DNA from: Trichoplax sp. H2
Taxonomy: Eukaryota
Length of the DNA: 64,000 nt
Direction: 5' to 3'
NCBI GenBank assembly: GCA_003344405.1
Contig: NOWV01000003.1
Coordinates: forward strand, 1,488,001 to 1,552,000
Made by a program: the position numbers and the translations under genes. Within the stretch, counting starts at the first letter, position 1. The number at the start of each line of letters is the position of its first letter. The notes below the pieces were generated by a model, which saw nothing but the letters and a program-made list of their open reading frames with translations, was not told where the DNA came from and did no database searches. Positions 1 to 12,700 of this stretch are shown piece by piece.

Positions 1-95
1 TTACTGCTTACGACGTTTCTGAAGGACCAAGCTTATGGGCACTCATTAGCCATTGTAAATGACAACTTTTTGGGGGATTCTCATATTCTTACTAG

Positions 96-1566
96 GTTGG
101 AGTTCGTGGTAAAGATATCGTAGTATTAGGAATCGAAAAGAAATCTGTTGCTAAGCTACAGGATTCGAGGACCATGCGAAAAATTTGTTCTCTAGATGAT
201 CATGTATTTATGGCATTTGCAGGTATAGCATGAAGACATGAATAAGACCTCAATTTATTTTATAAAGTGCGATGAAAGTAATACTCGTATATATAAGGTT
301 ATAAGATTGTTGTAAATTGATACATACTACTGTAGTACGATCACAACAGTACTTAACCAGGTATAGATCTGCTTGCTGATTGATACGCACAAATAATAAA
401 GGCATGCTGTAACCTTTATAAGACAGCAATGCGGATTTATAAACTCTATTTTTTGATTCTGAAATTTGCTCTTATGAAAATTTATCATAATGTATTGTTT
501 CTGCGATCTATTTTTTTGTGCCTAACTTAAGATGAAAACTGAAAATATAATGTACACTGTACTGAATAAAGTGAATGCAATTACTTCTCATAAATTATAG
601 GATTGAACGCTGATGCTCGTATTTTGGTTAATCGGGCTCGCATTGAGTGTCAAAGTCACAAATTAACGGTAGAAGATCCTGTTACTTTGGAATACATCAC
701 ACGGTATATCGCTGGATTAAAGCAGGTACTGTCAACTCTAAATACGGAATATCTTCGTATTATCTCTTTGTAAAGTTTGTAGACAGGCTTCCTTGTAAAA
801 TATTAGTTCTTTAGGATTTGCAATTTATGTTACCGCAGTATACTCAAGTTCTTAATAAATTTCATTTTGTTTCCTTTCAGCGGTATACGCAGAGCAACGG
901 GAGAAGGCCATTTGGAATTTCAACACTAATTGCTGGTTTTGATTACGATCGTACACCTCATCTATACCAAACAGATCCTTCTGGAACTTATCATGAATGG
1001 AAGGTTATTATTATCGCAACCTCATATCTATCATATCACTCATACCAAAAATTAAATAAAGTTGCATCTCGACATTTACATTACATCATATCCATGATCT
1101 TATTTTTATTCTTCAGGCTAATGTGATAGGTAGAAGTGCAAAAACTGTGCGGGAATTTTTAGAGAAAAATTATAACAGTGAAGCAATCGAATCCGATCAA
1201 TCTACAATTCGACTAACCGTTCGTGCTCTGTTAGAGGTATCTCATTAATGCATCATTAATCCATTGACTTTTAGTACGACAATCGTATTTGGTACCACAT
1301 GCTCCTTAACTAAATTATCTCTAGGTTGTGCAATCAGGAGGGAAAAATATTGAGGTTGCTATTATGAAATTTGGCGATGGACTGAAGGTTATTCCCAAAA
1401 TAAGCAATTGATATATTTTAAAGGTTGTAACGAATTGTCTAATCATAGCTACTGTAAAACTGTCTACTAATAGTTGCTAGAACGTGAACAGTTGGACATA
1501 ATCGTCGCCGAAATAGACAAGGAAAAGGAAGAGGCAGAAAAGAAGAGAAAACAGAAGAAGAAATAA
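96..1566 (+). CDS. PSMA7: Proteasome subunit alpha type-7 (alpha4), 5'-partial; 6 exons in window
   Basis: Exons 96-222, 601-725, 881-1003, 1117-1236, 1325-1387, 1474-1566 with GT-AG introns translate to [23 protein letters not shown]...[44 protein letters not shown]...[33 protein letters not shown]...[14 protein letters not shown]. First exon lies upstream of the window. Confidence 0.96.
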
Positions 1567-2268
1567 GGTGTATAAGTTGGCTTTAAAATTATTTTAGTTG
1601 CCAATTGTGAATATTACACCTTTGTAAGAATTATGCTACGAAAACTTAGCTAAATTGTATCGATTTCCGTTTCGGTATTATCTATATACTCCTTAGTACA
1701 GCGTTCACCGTTGTTGTTAAATTCTTTCGTATTGTTCTTAACTTTCATATTGTTAGTCATTGTCACTTTTTGATCATCATATCTATTCAAAATTTGTTAC
1801 TTTCCTCTAAAGTATCTTGCTTGTAAGCAAAACTCATAAATAAACACAATAAGTGTCCAATTGATAATCGAAAATCGTCGCTTAATTCTGATTGATTTAA
1901 TACTTTTTGTTGTGCAACCTTTAACGGACGAAAACTTATCACGCTTACAAAACACTAATTTAAAACAGCTAGTCCATTATTTTGGATATAACATCACATC
2001 CTATCATCCAATATAGTTAACTGATGGAATAAAGTAAACCTTTACCTTAATGCCGTAACATTTAACACTATAGATCGTATCATTAATGATAGTATGATAA
2101 GGCAACATCACACCAGTAAATTACAATCACGCTAACCAGTAGAAAAAAGAGTATTACAGGATCATCTATAAATATATTTGTTTTATCCACGAGATCGATA
2201 CAAAGATGCTACATCGTGTATATAAGATCCTACTGGTCGCACTTAGACGTAATCAAATGATTGAAAAT

Positions 2269-5041
2269 TTAATTATGGTGGAGAGACAATCTAAAAATTT
2301 GATTAAAAATAAAGTATGTACTCGGATCAGCTTGCCTTAAATGAAATATTTCTGAGAATGTCATTGGCGGATCATCGTCAGTCTAGAAGTTAAAAGATGC
2401 ATAAATCATTACAATAGTCATTTTTAGTACCTTTTACATGCAGTAAAGTACTGCAACGATTCAATAATAACTCTTTACAATCTAAAAAAAACTCCATTTT
2501 AATAATCCAACTTGCAGCGCATTTAATAAGGTGTAGCGATGAATAAAATGCGGTTACTATGTATCTTTATCGTCCAATTATCAGACAGAAACTATCCAAA
2601 GTTAATATACTGTATAATTTTGAGAAGTAACAATAACTGTTAATTTACGAATCAATACCATACGCGTATATCTAGTAATTTATCAATTGGGTAGCCAAAA
2701 GATCATGCTAAAACTGTAATTATTTTTGCTCATTTATCATGTATTGCAGGTAGAACAGCTAATTATAGCCTTAAGCTAGTAAAATACTGAATTTTTCTTT
2801 AATACAAACCCTACACTACACTAAAGAAGATACACAATCAGATTACGTATAACTATATCAACGCAAAGGGCTAGTACATACAATCTGATGAATAAATTTA
2901 TTTACCTTTAGCTGTCCGATGACAAAAACAAGAACTCCACCTTCAGTTGGCTGAACATCAGTTGTAGTAATTATATGTTTAATAGTCTTAAAAGTTAGCT
3001 CCTGTAAGAATGAAACATAAAAATTTAACAGAATTACTAGCTTGCAAACAATCAGTTTAGCTTTCGCCACGTAAAAACTATGAAATACGTTAGGACTCTT
3101 CATGAGTCATCAAAAGAATGGCATTGTCAAGTTAATATCAAATTATCATCTCTACTGATTTGATACGCTAATCAATAACAAGGGGATACCGCATTTAAAT
3201 GAGTCAACTTTACTCGCTGCTAGTGTGTACTTTATACTCTATTAATGAGACCTTGCTTTCTACTCTGTATTAATCTATAAATGTAAGGTAGCAAATACAA
3301 TCTATCTACAAGAATTTTTGAATTATTTACATTGTTAGTGTTCAGCTATCGTTATACTACTCCTTGTACGGACATCATAGTCCTCTTAATAAATAAAGTT
3401 TTGTAATTTTAACCTATATCTGCTACTCTTACACACAATCAATCTGTACAGGACAATTCTTACGTTGGAAAATGCACCTTATTTTACCGTTAACGTACAG
3501 TGCTATAGTTGCATAACCAAGTATAGTAACACAATTTGATTAAATACCAGCTTCATGAAGCAGGGTAAAAGCTTGCTATTTGTTTTAATAGTTAAGCAGG
3601 AATTTATAATAAAAACCTACTCTAATGTAAGATCAAAAACACCTCGTACGCATATCATTAGACTAAAATTGACATCCATCATTTCCTAGCAAGCCGATAC
3701 ATATATATAGACATCTCTATTCCAGTGTACTAACATAGATTTGATACCATCAACATGCATAACTACAATAGATATACAGTCTCAAATATACAAGTAGAAT
3801 TTTCTGATGGAATACAACCAAAATGTGAGAACAGTAGATATAAAATATTAGCGAATGTAAGCTGCCGGTCAACTACTGCAAAAGCGTTATGTATTGAATT
3901 CTTTATTTAATTTACGTACCATTAATTTTTTTACAATACTATCAGGACCTTGGCATGGTGTACCTTCAAATGTTAGCATCGATTGATCTCTCTAAATTCC
4001 AAAAATAAATATAATTAACAAGAGTTACTTATAAAATGATAATCTTTGAATAGGGGAAGGGGAATGACGTTTATAGTCCTTGTCTCTCCTTGGCGAAGCC
4101 ATCTACGTGAGTATTATAAGTTTCGTAAAACGATATGTAAGCTATCTGACATTTTAAAAACTGTTGTGTAGAAAAAGCATAATTTCACCTTTTGCAACAT
4201 ATCAATATGCAAACTATTCTATGACTTTTGGCCATTAGAATGTTGAAGGAGATTATTCGTTTGGTATATCGTATTATGATCATTGCAACATGGTCGTTAA
4301 CTATATTATGCAATTACTAACTGATTCTAATATATTCACCAAGTCATGTACACCTAAATTCAGCATCAATACTACCTTCATATCTATATTGCAAATACTA
4401 AATAAATTATCAGCTTTCCAAATACAGTATAGTACGTAATATATGCGTTACAATTTATTAAACGACCTTCATTTGCTTTGGTGCCTCTTTGTAATAAGTG
4501 TCAACGTTTATCACCCATTACGTCAGTGAAATGATACTGTATTTTTTTTTACTTTAAATAGGTATAAGCTTGCTCTAGCATTACTTTAGTATCACTACAG
4601 ACTAGTTGACAGTTAAAGGTAGTTAACGTTATATATACGAAGTTAAAATGGTCAGCGTTCAGAGTCTACAGCTAAACTGTATAGACAAGAACTCTCCAAT
4701 TCTATTTAACGTGATAAAGATAAGCGAACTTGTAAAATTGACATACAGTAAGCTCACTAGCAAAACGACAACGACTTTAATGCCAAAGTTGATCATGGTA
4801 TATAGCATATCATCACTGGCTGTAGCCAATTTTATCCTTTCTGTTGATGCCTCTATACAGTAACACTACCCTGTCATCCTCATTGATGAGTTATGCTTGA
4901 ATAACTGTATTTAGTGTTGACAGTACTCTCCCAATTTGATTGATAGCAACTTACGTAGAGCATTTGTAGATTAGCCCGGTTCACATCGAAGGCGTTATAA
5001 TATTGTTGGACGAAGGATTTACCAATACTTTCGTAACTCAT
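2269..5041 (-). CDS. NUTF2: Nuclear transport factor 2; 4 exons
   Basis: Exons 5041-4955 (MSYESIGKSFVQQYYNAFDVNRANLQMLY), 3991-3920 (RDQSMLTFEGTPCQGPDSIVKKLM), 3001-2906 (ELTFKTIKHIITTTDVQPTEGGVLVFVIGQLK), 2382-2269 (TDDDPPMTFSEIFHL...FIFNQIFRLSLHHN*). All introns phase 0, GT-AG. Confidence 0.94.
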
Positions 5042-5195
5042 TTCTTCTTACTTTTATTCGCTGATATTGGCAGTACTACACAGGAGCAATGTACACTGAA
5101 ATGAATAGCGCAGTTCACTACTATCTGTTAAACGAGATCGAGTTGATTGCGATGCCACGCACGACGTTAGCAAGAAACTTTTTCGACACGACCCT

Positions 5196-5485
5196 GCGAA
5201 AGTGGGGGTGAAAAACTGTAGTACAGTACAGTACAGTAGGTCTGCGAGTTACAGTACTTTGATTATAGTACTGTAGGTTGCGTACAGTACAGTACAATCT
5301 TTACAGTACAATTTGAAATGTCACCCCGCGAAAGTGGGGGTGAAAAACTATACTGTACTGTAGTACTGTACAGTACAGTACAGTACAGTACAGTGCAGTA
5401 GGTCTGCGAGTTACAGTACTTTGTACGGTAATAGATTGCGTACAGTACAGTACAATCTTTACAGTACAATTTGAAATGTCACCCC
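5196..5485. repeat. Head-to-tail duplication (copies 5196-5327 and 5328-5485) in the NUTF2/LSM14 divergent promoter
   Basis: Both copies run gcgaaagtgggggtgaaaaact...ggtctgcgagttacagtacttt...caatctttacagtacaatttgaaatgtcacccc. They differ mainly in the number of CAGTA/CTGTA units. Confidence 0.92.
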
Positions 5486-6170
5486 AATTTTCTATCTATT
5501 GGTACTGTAGCTGCCCACTCAGTACTCCAGTGCAAACCGGACTAGGGTGACACTTTAAATTGAATAGACTGTACTGTACTTCAATGAATAACTAGGAAGA
5601 AAGTAGACTGTAAGTACAGTACATTTTAACCACGGATTCGTGTCAATTCAAAAGGCCAAACTCATTTTTTTCGGTTTTTCTATGTTAGGGACTTGCAATC
5701 CAAAAAAAGAAACCAGACTGTCCAATTTGTCCATGATTGATTGGTTATTAACTACGCAGTACAGTACAGTAATTGGTAATTGATACTATACAGTATTCAA
5801 AAGTTTTTACATACAGTACTGTACAGTATACAGTATACAGTATACAGTATTGTATTGTACTGTACTGTACTGTAGTGTCCCCAGGGGCAGAGTACAGTAC
5901 TGTACACTCAGTGTACAGTACAGTACTATTTTTGTACCGTGTGTACAGTACAGTGTACTGTACAGTACTGTATAGTAGTACAGTACAGTACAATACAGTA
6001 CAGTACTGTACTCAGTGTACGTACTGTACAGTACAAAAATTTTTTTTTTTCTTGTCTCCACTGTACTGTACAGTGTACAGTACAGTACGGTACTGGACAA
6101 TTTACCAGTGGAATGATCTACTGTACTGTACTGTACTGTACGTACAGTACAATACTACAGTATACTGTAC
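5215..6170. repeat. Mixed-orientation CAGTA/CTGTA pentamer array in the NUTF2/LSM14 divergent promoter
   Basis: Long runs such as tactgtacagtacagtacagtacagtacagtgcagta and tactgtactgtactgtactgtacgtacagtaca between two head-to-head ATGs (5041 and 6319). Confidence 0.95.
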
Positions 6171-6318
6171 GGTGAAGGGTAAACTCGTTGTACAGCAACA
6201 TCCAGTTGAAAGATCATTTTCGATCGGTGAAAGCTACACTTTGAAGTCAGTGGCATCAATTATTGCAGCGTCTTTTAATCGGATCCATCCTTGCGCTTAA
6301 TCGCGTCCACGATCGGCT

Positions 6319-8592
6319 ATGAGTTCAAGCGATACCACTCCCTACATCGGTAGTAAAATTAGCCTCATTTCCAAGGCACAAATTCGTTATGAAGGCACTT
6401 TATCTGCCATTGACACCAATGAATCTACCGTTCATTTATCCGACGGTTAGTTCAACTTGAACGATGGATTGTATTGTACTGTACGTAAATTGGTGACATG
6501 GATTAGCTTGAAGAAGAATACAGTATCATTGCTTCAATTGTACTCTAAATGTTGTAAATGTTATCATTACTAATCCAATAGCAATCTTTTTTATACAAAA
6601 TGCAAATTGTCAAACTAAGCTATTTTACTGTTACACTATTACTTTGCCCTAACTTCAACTTCATCGTCTAATTGTAGCTCTTATAGTACAAACTTGAGTA
6701 TCACCACGATACTTTATACTGACTCTTATACTTTTAACAAACAAATTCAGTCAAGTCATTTGGTACCGAAAATAGGGACCGTAATCGCCCTATTCCACCA
6801 CAAAGTCAAGTTTATCCTTACGTTATATTCAATGGCGCTGAAATTGAAGATTTGCAAGTTTGTGAGCCTCCACGTAGTACCGCTGCAGAAGTAACTGCAC
6901 CTTATAGCGATCCTGCTATTGTATCGGTGAATATCTTATTGACTGTTACAGTAATAAAAATGAATAATTTAATCAACCGTTTCAACTATTGTATCATACG
7001 CATTTCTTACTTTGACGTAATTTCAATCTATCCTATCGTCAGTCGTCGAAAATGATGAACATGAATATGGATCCACGACCGCTTGCTCCTCCACCGATGA
7101 TGCCTTCTACTGCTGCAGTTAACTATAACTCATTTGGAATGTACTCTGGTAGTTCATCGATGATGCAAGCACCAGGATACATGCCCGGACCAAGTAGGAA
7201 TATCCCTGCTACAACACAGCCTACCTTTAATCCTATTATTAGTATGCCATCAACAGCAATGGTCACCCCGGCTGCAATAACCTCATCGACTAATACTAAT
7301 TCGCCTTCTGCTAGCAAAACGACACTCAAGACACCAAATGTAATTGCCAGCACTTCCCCCCAAGAATCAACTACGGATAATAAGGCCGTAGACACCGTTT
7401 CCAATAATAAATCATCTAAAATCAACGAAGAATCGAAGCAACCGGAAACACCACAGAATGAGAAAGAAAATGAATTAAAACAACCAGAAGAGGAAAAAAC
7501 TACAGAGGAAGAAGAAAAACGTGAAGATTCCAACAAAGACAGTAAAACTGCCAGGACATATCAACATCAAAATTATAATCGAAGGCAATTTTCCGGTAAG
7601 ATGGACAAGTAGTGATAACTATAGTGTTATTACCACTAGTCATTGACTACTAGATATATCATCTTAGTAATCCATGATAGTAGTTCATGTCACAACAAAT
7701 GCGGCTATAACTTACAGAACAAATTTTATCAGTTCTACCTTATCGATTTGCAAACGCACCTAACCTTACTCTTTATCGTGGTCGATATAGAACCTTATTA
7801 TTTATTTATTATTGAAAGGTCGGAGAGCTAGAAGCAACTATCATAATAATTACAATCGATCACGACAAGGTCCTTCCAACAATAAACCGCTAAAATTCGA
7901 TGAAGACTTTGACTTTGAAAAGGCTAACGCGCGTTTTGAAAAAGAACGCTTAGAGCAAGAGTTAAGCGAAAAAATGAACGAAGAATTGAACATCACAGAC
8001 GGAAATGAGAGCACAGTCAGCACAAGTTCAGCAAATAATCAAAAATTTTATAATAAATCCACGTCATTTTTCGATAGCATATCATGCGAAGCAAATACCA
8101 AGAAGCCATCATGGTTACATTTTGCTTTAATACAATTGTCTACCTACATTGCTATAATCCGTTAAGAATCAATAATGTTTTCTTTCCCCTTTAGGAAAAA
8201 TTCCAATAAGAGTGTAAATATGGAAACTTTCGGCGTCGGTAGCGTAAATTCCGGAAGATATAATAGAGGAAGAGGAAGAGGACGAGGCCGAGGCCGAGGT
8301 GGATATGTTCGTGGTCGTGGCAACAACTATAACAACAGAGGAAGATATCAGTACAAACGTTCTAACGATAATAATTATAACTCTAACAGTAATCCCAAAA
8401 ATGTGAGTATACTGATTCTACTCTAAAACTTCTCTTTACCCAAAAACAAAATATTTTTCTCTTAGAGATGTACGCTGAAATAGATACTATTGGATAATTT
8501 ACAAGTTAAACGATTTTGTTAAATCTAATTTTTACATCCAAAACCTATTGCATTAATAGACAACTAATAAGAAAAATGACAAAGAATCCTAA
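6319..8592 (+). CDS. LSM14: LSM14/RAP55 (Scd6 family) P-body mRNA-processing protein
   Basis: [52 protein letters not shown]...[18 protein letters not shown] (LSm14 domain), FDF motif [18 protein letters not shown] box [18 protein letters not shown] box NMETFG, RGG-rich tail; stop at 8590-8592. Confidence 0.95.
7641..7676. mobile_element. Degenerate CATGG-ended mini hairpin element (LSM14 intron)
   Basis: cattgactactag...ttagtaatccatg. The right arm shares tagtaatccatgat with the copy at 25113-25159. No clear TSD. Confidence 0.4.
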
Positions 8593-9779
8593 ACCTTTTG
8601 GATATTTCCTCTCAGTAAGGTCATTTTAACGCCGAACATACGTATTTGAGACACTTGCAGCGAAAGATGGTGTCAAGTCTAGATCAGGCTCTACAATAAC
8701 TCTTTCAATTGTAAACGTCCCAACGATAACTACTGTATAATTGCGCGTTGCGTAATTAGGCGTACTTGGATTACAAAATCGCTTTAATCGAGTCATGGAG
8801 CAAAGAACAGCACTAACTAACCTAATTATGTATAGTCTATTTAGATTATCTGCGTGATGTAGCTTTATTGATGTAACTTTTAGGAGTAAAGTTTTTGTAA
8901 CCTCGCTTGCTATGTGATACAAGTCGATGAGATAATATTTAATAATGTTAAATTTATTATAACATTTATGCTCTTTCTACAACTTGTATGATCATTTTTT
9001 TTGTTGTCGGTAAATTCTTCATCTTTTCATAGTTGTCTTATATCTAAATTTAAACAAGTTATTGGAATCTATACAGTGAATATGTGAAGCTATGAATGAT
9101 ATCTGTTTATCATCGATCAATAGCTGTCTTATACATATATACATATATATATATACACACATATATGTATGTTTATACATAGTACAACATCTAAAATTGT
9201 TACTTTATGAATAGTATTGTCACATTCTGTACAGAGTATACAGTATTTGCAATGGGTATCAAAAATACCCCAAGAGCCATGCGATATAGGTTCTTCGATG
9301 GCATGCTAGAAGTAAAGGCGCTTGCGAATTTGAATATATTATCGCGGTTACTGTAATCCACTTCAGCCTTTTTTTAGGATTTTTCTAACGAAGAATCAAC
9401 TTTAGATTTGCTACATCTGTTATGGTTCAAAACGTACGCTAATATCATGTTAATTTTTACTGTAAAGATCCTAAATTTACTCGTGTGTTCGGTAGATGTC
9501 GGAAATATTCCCGCAATCTACCATTGTATAAAGTAAAAACCAAACAATGTCGAAAGATCAGGAACATACAACTTCCAGATGTTATTACATCAGTTTTTAT
9601 TTGTTAATAACGGACAAACGAATAAAGTAATTTCTTTACAGTATTTACAAGATTAATTGGATTTCATATCACCTTAATTACAGTAAATATAACAATATAT
9701 ACGAATCCAAACTTATGGCAGTATTACTATTCACAAAAATGCAATTACCATGATTACATAACCGATACAATTATTTAAA

Positions 9780-12700
9780 TTACTCGGCTCCAAATTGAAA
9801 CTGCTGAAAATCAACATTTTGTGTTGAAATCTTATTAGTAACATTACTAGATCGACTTTGTTGAGAGGTATTTGAGTTAGGAAAAGTTTGCTCGTACATC
9901 TGTGTTTGAGTTAAAGGTGGTGCGGAATTTTCACGATTATTCAGCATTGATACTTCGTTGCCAGCACCAAATACATTGTTATTGGAAGCATCCGTAGAGA
10001 GACTGTTCTGCTTGTACACCGGTACTATCGAAACTGCGGATGAAGGACTTCGCTGACTACCTAAATGGCCACCACTAGTGCCGCACATATTTTGTTGAGA
10101 AACATTCCCAGCAGGATATTTAAACACCGGCACTTGACTTTGCGCTTGAGTAATACCTGGTTGATTGTTTAGTCGTGGTGCTGAACTAATATTGCGAATA
10201 GCTTGTTGTTGTACTGGGTTATTGTTACGCTGGGCAGCATTAACAACTGGATAACTCTGTCTATATATTGCACCTTGATTTACTTTTGCCATAGGATTTT
10301 CCTGATCGTTTGAGGTAGTAAAACAAGAAATTGGCCGAACCGATCGATTCGTTTCATTAATTCTATCTTTATTCGTGTTAGTCACTTGATGAGGTTGCTA
10401 AAATAGATAGATGAAACAAAACTATATGATTTCTATAATTTTGAAAAACTTCCATTTCAGTAAATTCAGTCACACTACTGTTACTCAGTTACATCGAACA
10501 TTAGTTGCCCTAAATTATACCATAAACGTAAGACCTAATTTGATCGAGAGGATAATCAAAATCACTGAAATTTTCAAATATTTACTTTCTAATCCATTAC
10601 ATAGTATTATTATACTCGTCCTTAATCTATCTCGATCTCTGAAAATATTATGCTGTACTACCTACACTTAATAACAGTCTATTTTATAATCATAATGGTC
10701 CATAACTGTACTTTTTTGATAAGTTCCTACAAGGGTTATAGTTTCCTGATAAGTTTCTCTTAACTACACTGGGTAAGCGATTACAATAAGGGAATTTAAG
10801 CAATTTACTGCAAGATTAATTATCGCAACCAAGACGAAACAAGAAGAGTTAGTCTAAGATTGTTTGACAATAAATTAACAGTAGTGATGGATGAAATTCA
10901 AAAAGTGTAAAGTTTATAGTTTCAGCATAAAAAATCAAATTGAATAAAATAAAAAGATATCGAAGAAAAGTAACAGCTCTAAAGTATAAAATCTATAGTG
11001 ATGTTCAGTGTAATTAATGGATAGAGGTTAACAAATGTAATACCTTATAGAAGTAACTTGTCTTAATTTAACCTAATCTACTATACAGTATACCAGGGCT
11101 TAGTGGTCCCTGTACGATACACGTATTGCAGCTAATACGGTATAATATTAAGCGTAAGCCTATGCACTTAAGACAATTAGATGAAAGCCCTCAAAACTAT
11201 TTAATTTGTGTATTACAGTGAGTGAAAATAAATGTCATAAAAACTATAATCAGTATGATCAAAAATATTAGGCTCTGTATATTAATATCGAACTGCTACT
11301 CAACTAATGTATTATAATGTGCAATGAAGAATTACAGATTACAAAAGTATATTGCATAACTGTTTGTCATAGTCTAATCGAAATAAATATGCTGCGTTTC
11401 TATATACTATTGTAGACCATCTTAAAGTGTGCTAACATACAGTACGTACACAAAAGGCACCAATATGTCACGATGACCGTACTTAAATTACATAGACATA
11501 CAGTAATTAACTTACCATTAAATGATTCTGCAAATTTGAATCTGCAATCGAAGTTAAATATAGAAGGTTTCGATGTAATATTCGTTGATATCTGCAAATG
11601 AAACGCCTTATATGTAAGCTAAGATGCAAGAATAGCGGTTAATAAATAAAAACCTTCTATAAATAATACGGTATAACATCGCGTATTGTGTAAGTAAATT
11701 GGAATGTTCGCCGTATCAATGCGAACACTATCCAAAGCGCCTGATAGGGATTATTGTACTCTAACTGAACTAAAAGTAAAATCGAATCTCGCAAGAAATG
11801 AAACGATCCCAGCTATGAATTCATAATTCTAAATAGTACTTGTACACTAACCTACCATCCATTAATACCAAGTACAAAACTTTGCTGGAAGCTACAGTAA
11901 TTATGGTAACAAGCCGTAAAAAAAACAATTGTAGCGGAAGTTTTCATCTCAAACGTAAAGCACGTATTGCATACTAATGCATGGACTACTATAAAAAATC
12001 CTTTTCTTAGTAGCCCATGACTGATTGCATTGACAGCAAATAACGAATGCCCAATTTTACGTAAAACTTTAACGATGTGCAACAGTACATTGCAAAATGT
12101 ACGGCATAAATGATCGAAAGGTTACATAATTGGTAAAATTTGCACTTTTTTTGATGAAGGTTCTTAATCTCATAGTCCCTACTATTTAGCAATACTGAAT
12201 TAAAAGATATTGCAGAATGTTCTTGACTAATTGGTACACTAACAATACACTGCAGGTACTATTGGATAGATGTGCATGCAAATGATAACCAGGATGCGAT
12301 AGCGCGTATGATAGAGCTGTCTTAGTGAGGTTAATTTCCCTCGCAACTAAGAAAGTCCAAGTTTGACTGCAAACAAAGGTAGTTACTATATCAAAGTCTT
12401 TGAATATCTCTATTGCCTTAGTAAGTTAGCCAATTATAGTTACTGTAGTTAAAATTGTATTTAGAACGTATCATATATACCTGGTTACGAATTTAACTCG
12501 TCTCAAGTAATTGTAACAGGAATTTCAATACATAGCTGAAGTAACATTTTCCTTATTTAACATATATCCGTATAGGAGAAATCAAATATGAAGGGTGCAC
12601 TCATAAAATTTTGGCTACTAAAAATTCATAGTAACATATTACTGCTTCTTTCATTATGAATTACGATTTGTATAAAACAATAATACCGAATTGCATTATC

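Noticed and set aside
5196..5485. CRISPR-like repeat-spacer appearance of promoter repeats
   Set aside because: Eukaryotic intron-containing context, no constant repeat with unique regular spacers, and no cas genes.
5263..6300. ORFs rich in YCTV/YSTV/TVQY (also at 15291-16176, 22224-22984, 44800-45930, 47023-47211)
   Set aside because: They are translations of the pentamer arrays in overlapping frames on both strands, with no protein-like content.
7123..7536. Antisense ORFs (also 17081-17377, 18312-18563, 39927-40266, 50138-50422)
   Set aside because: They are shadows of real exons on the opposite strand.
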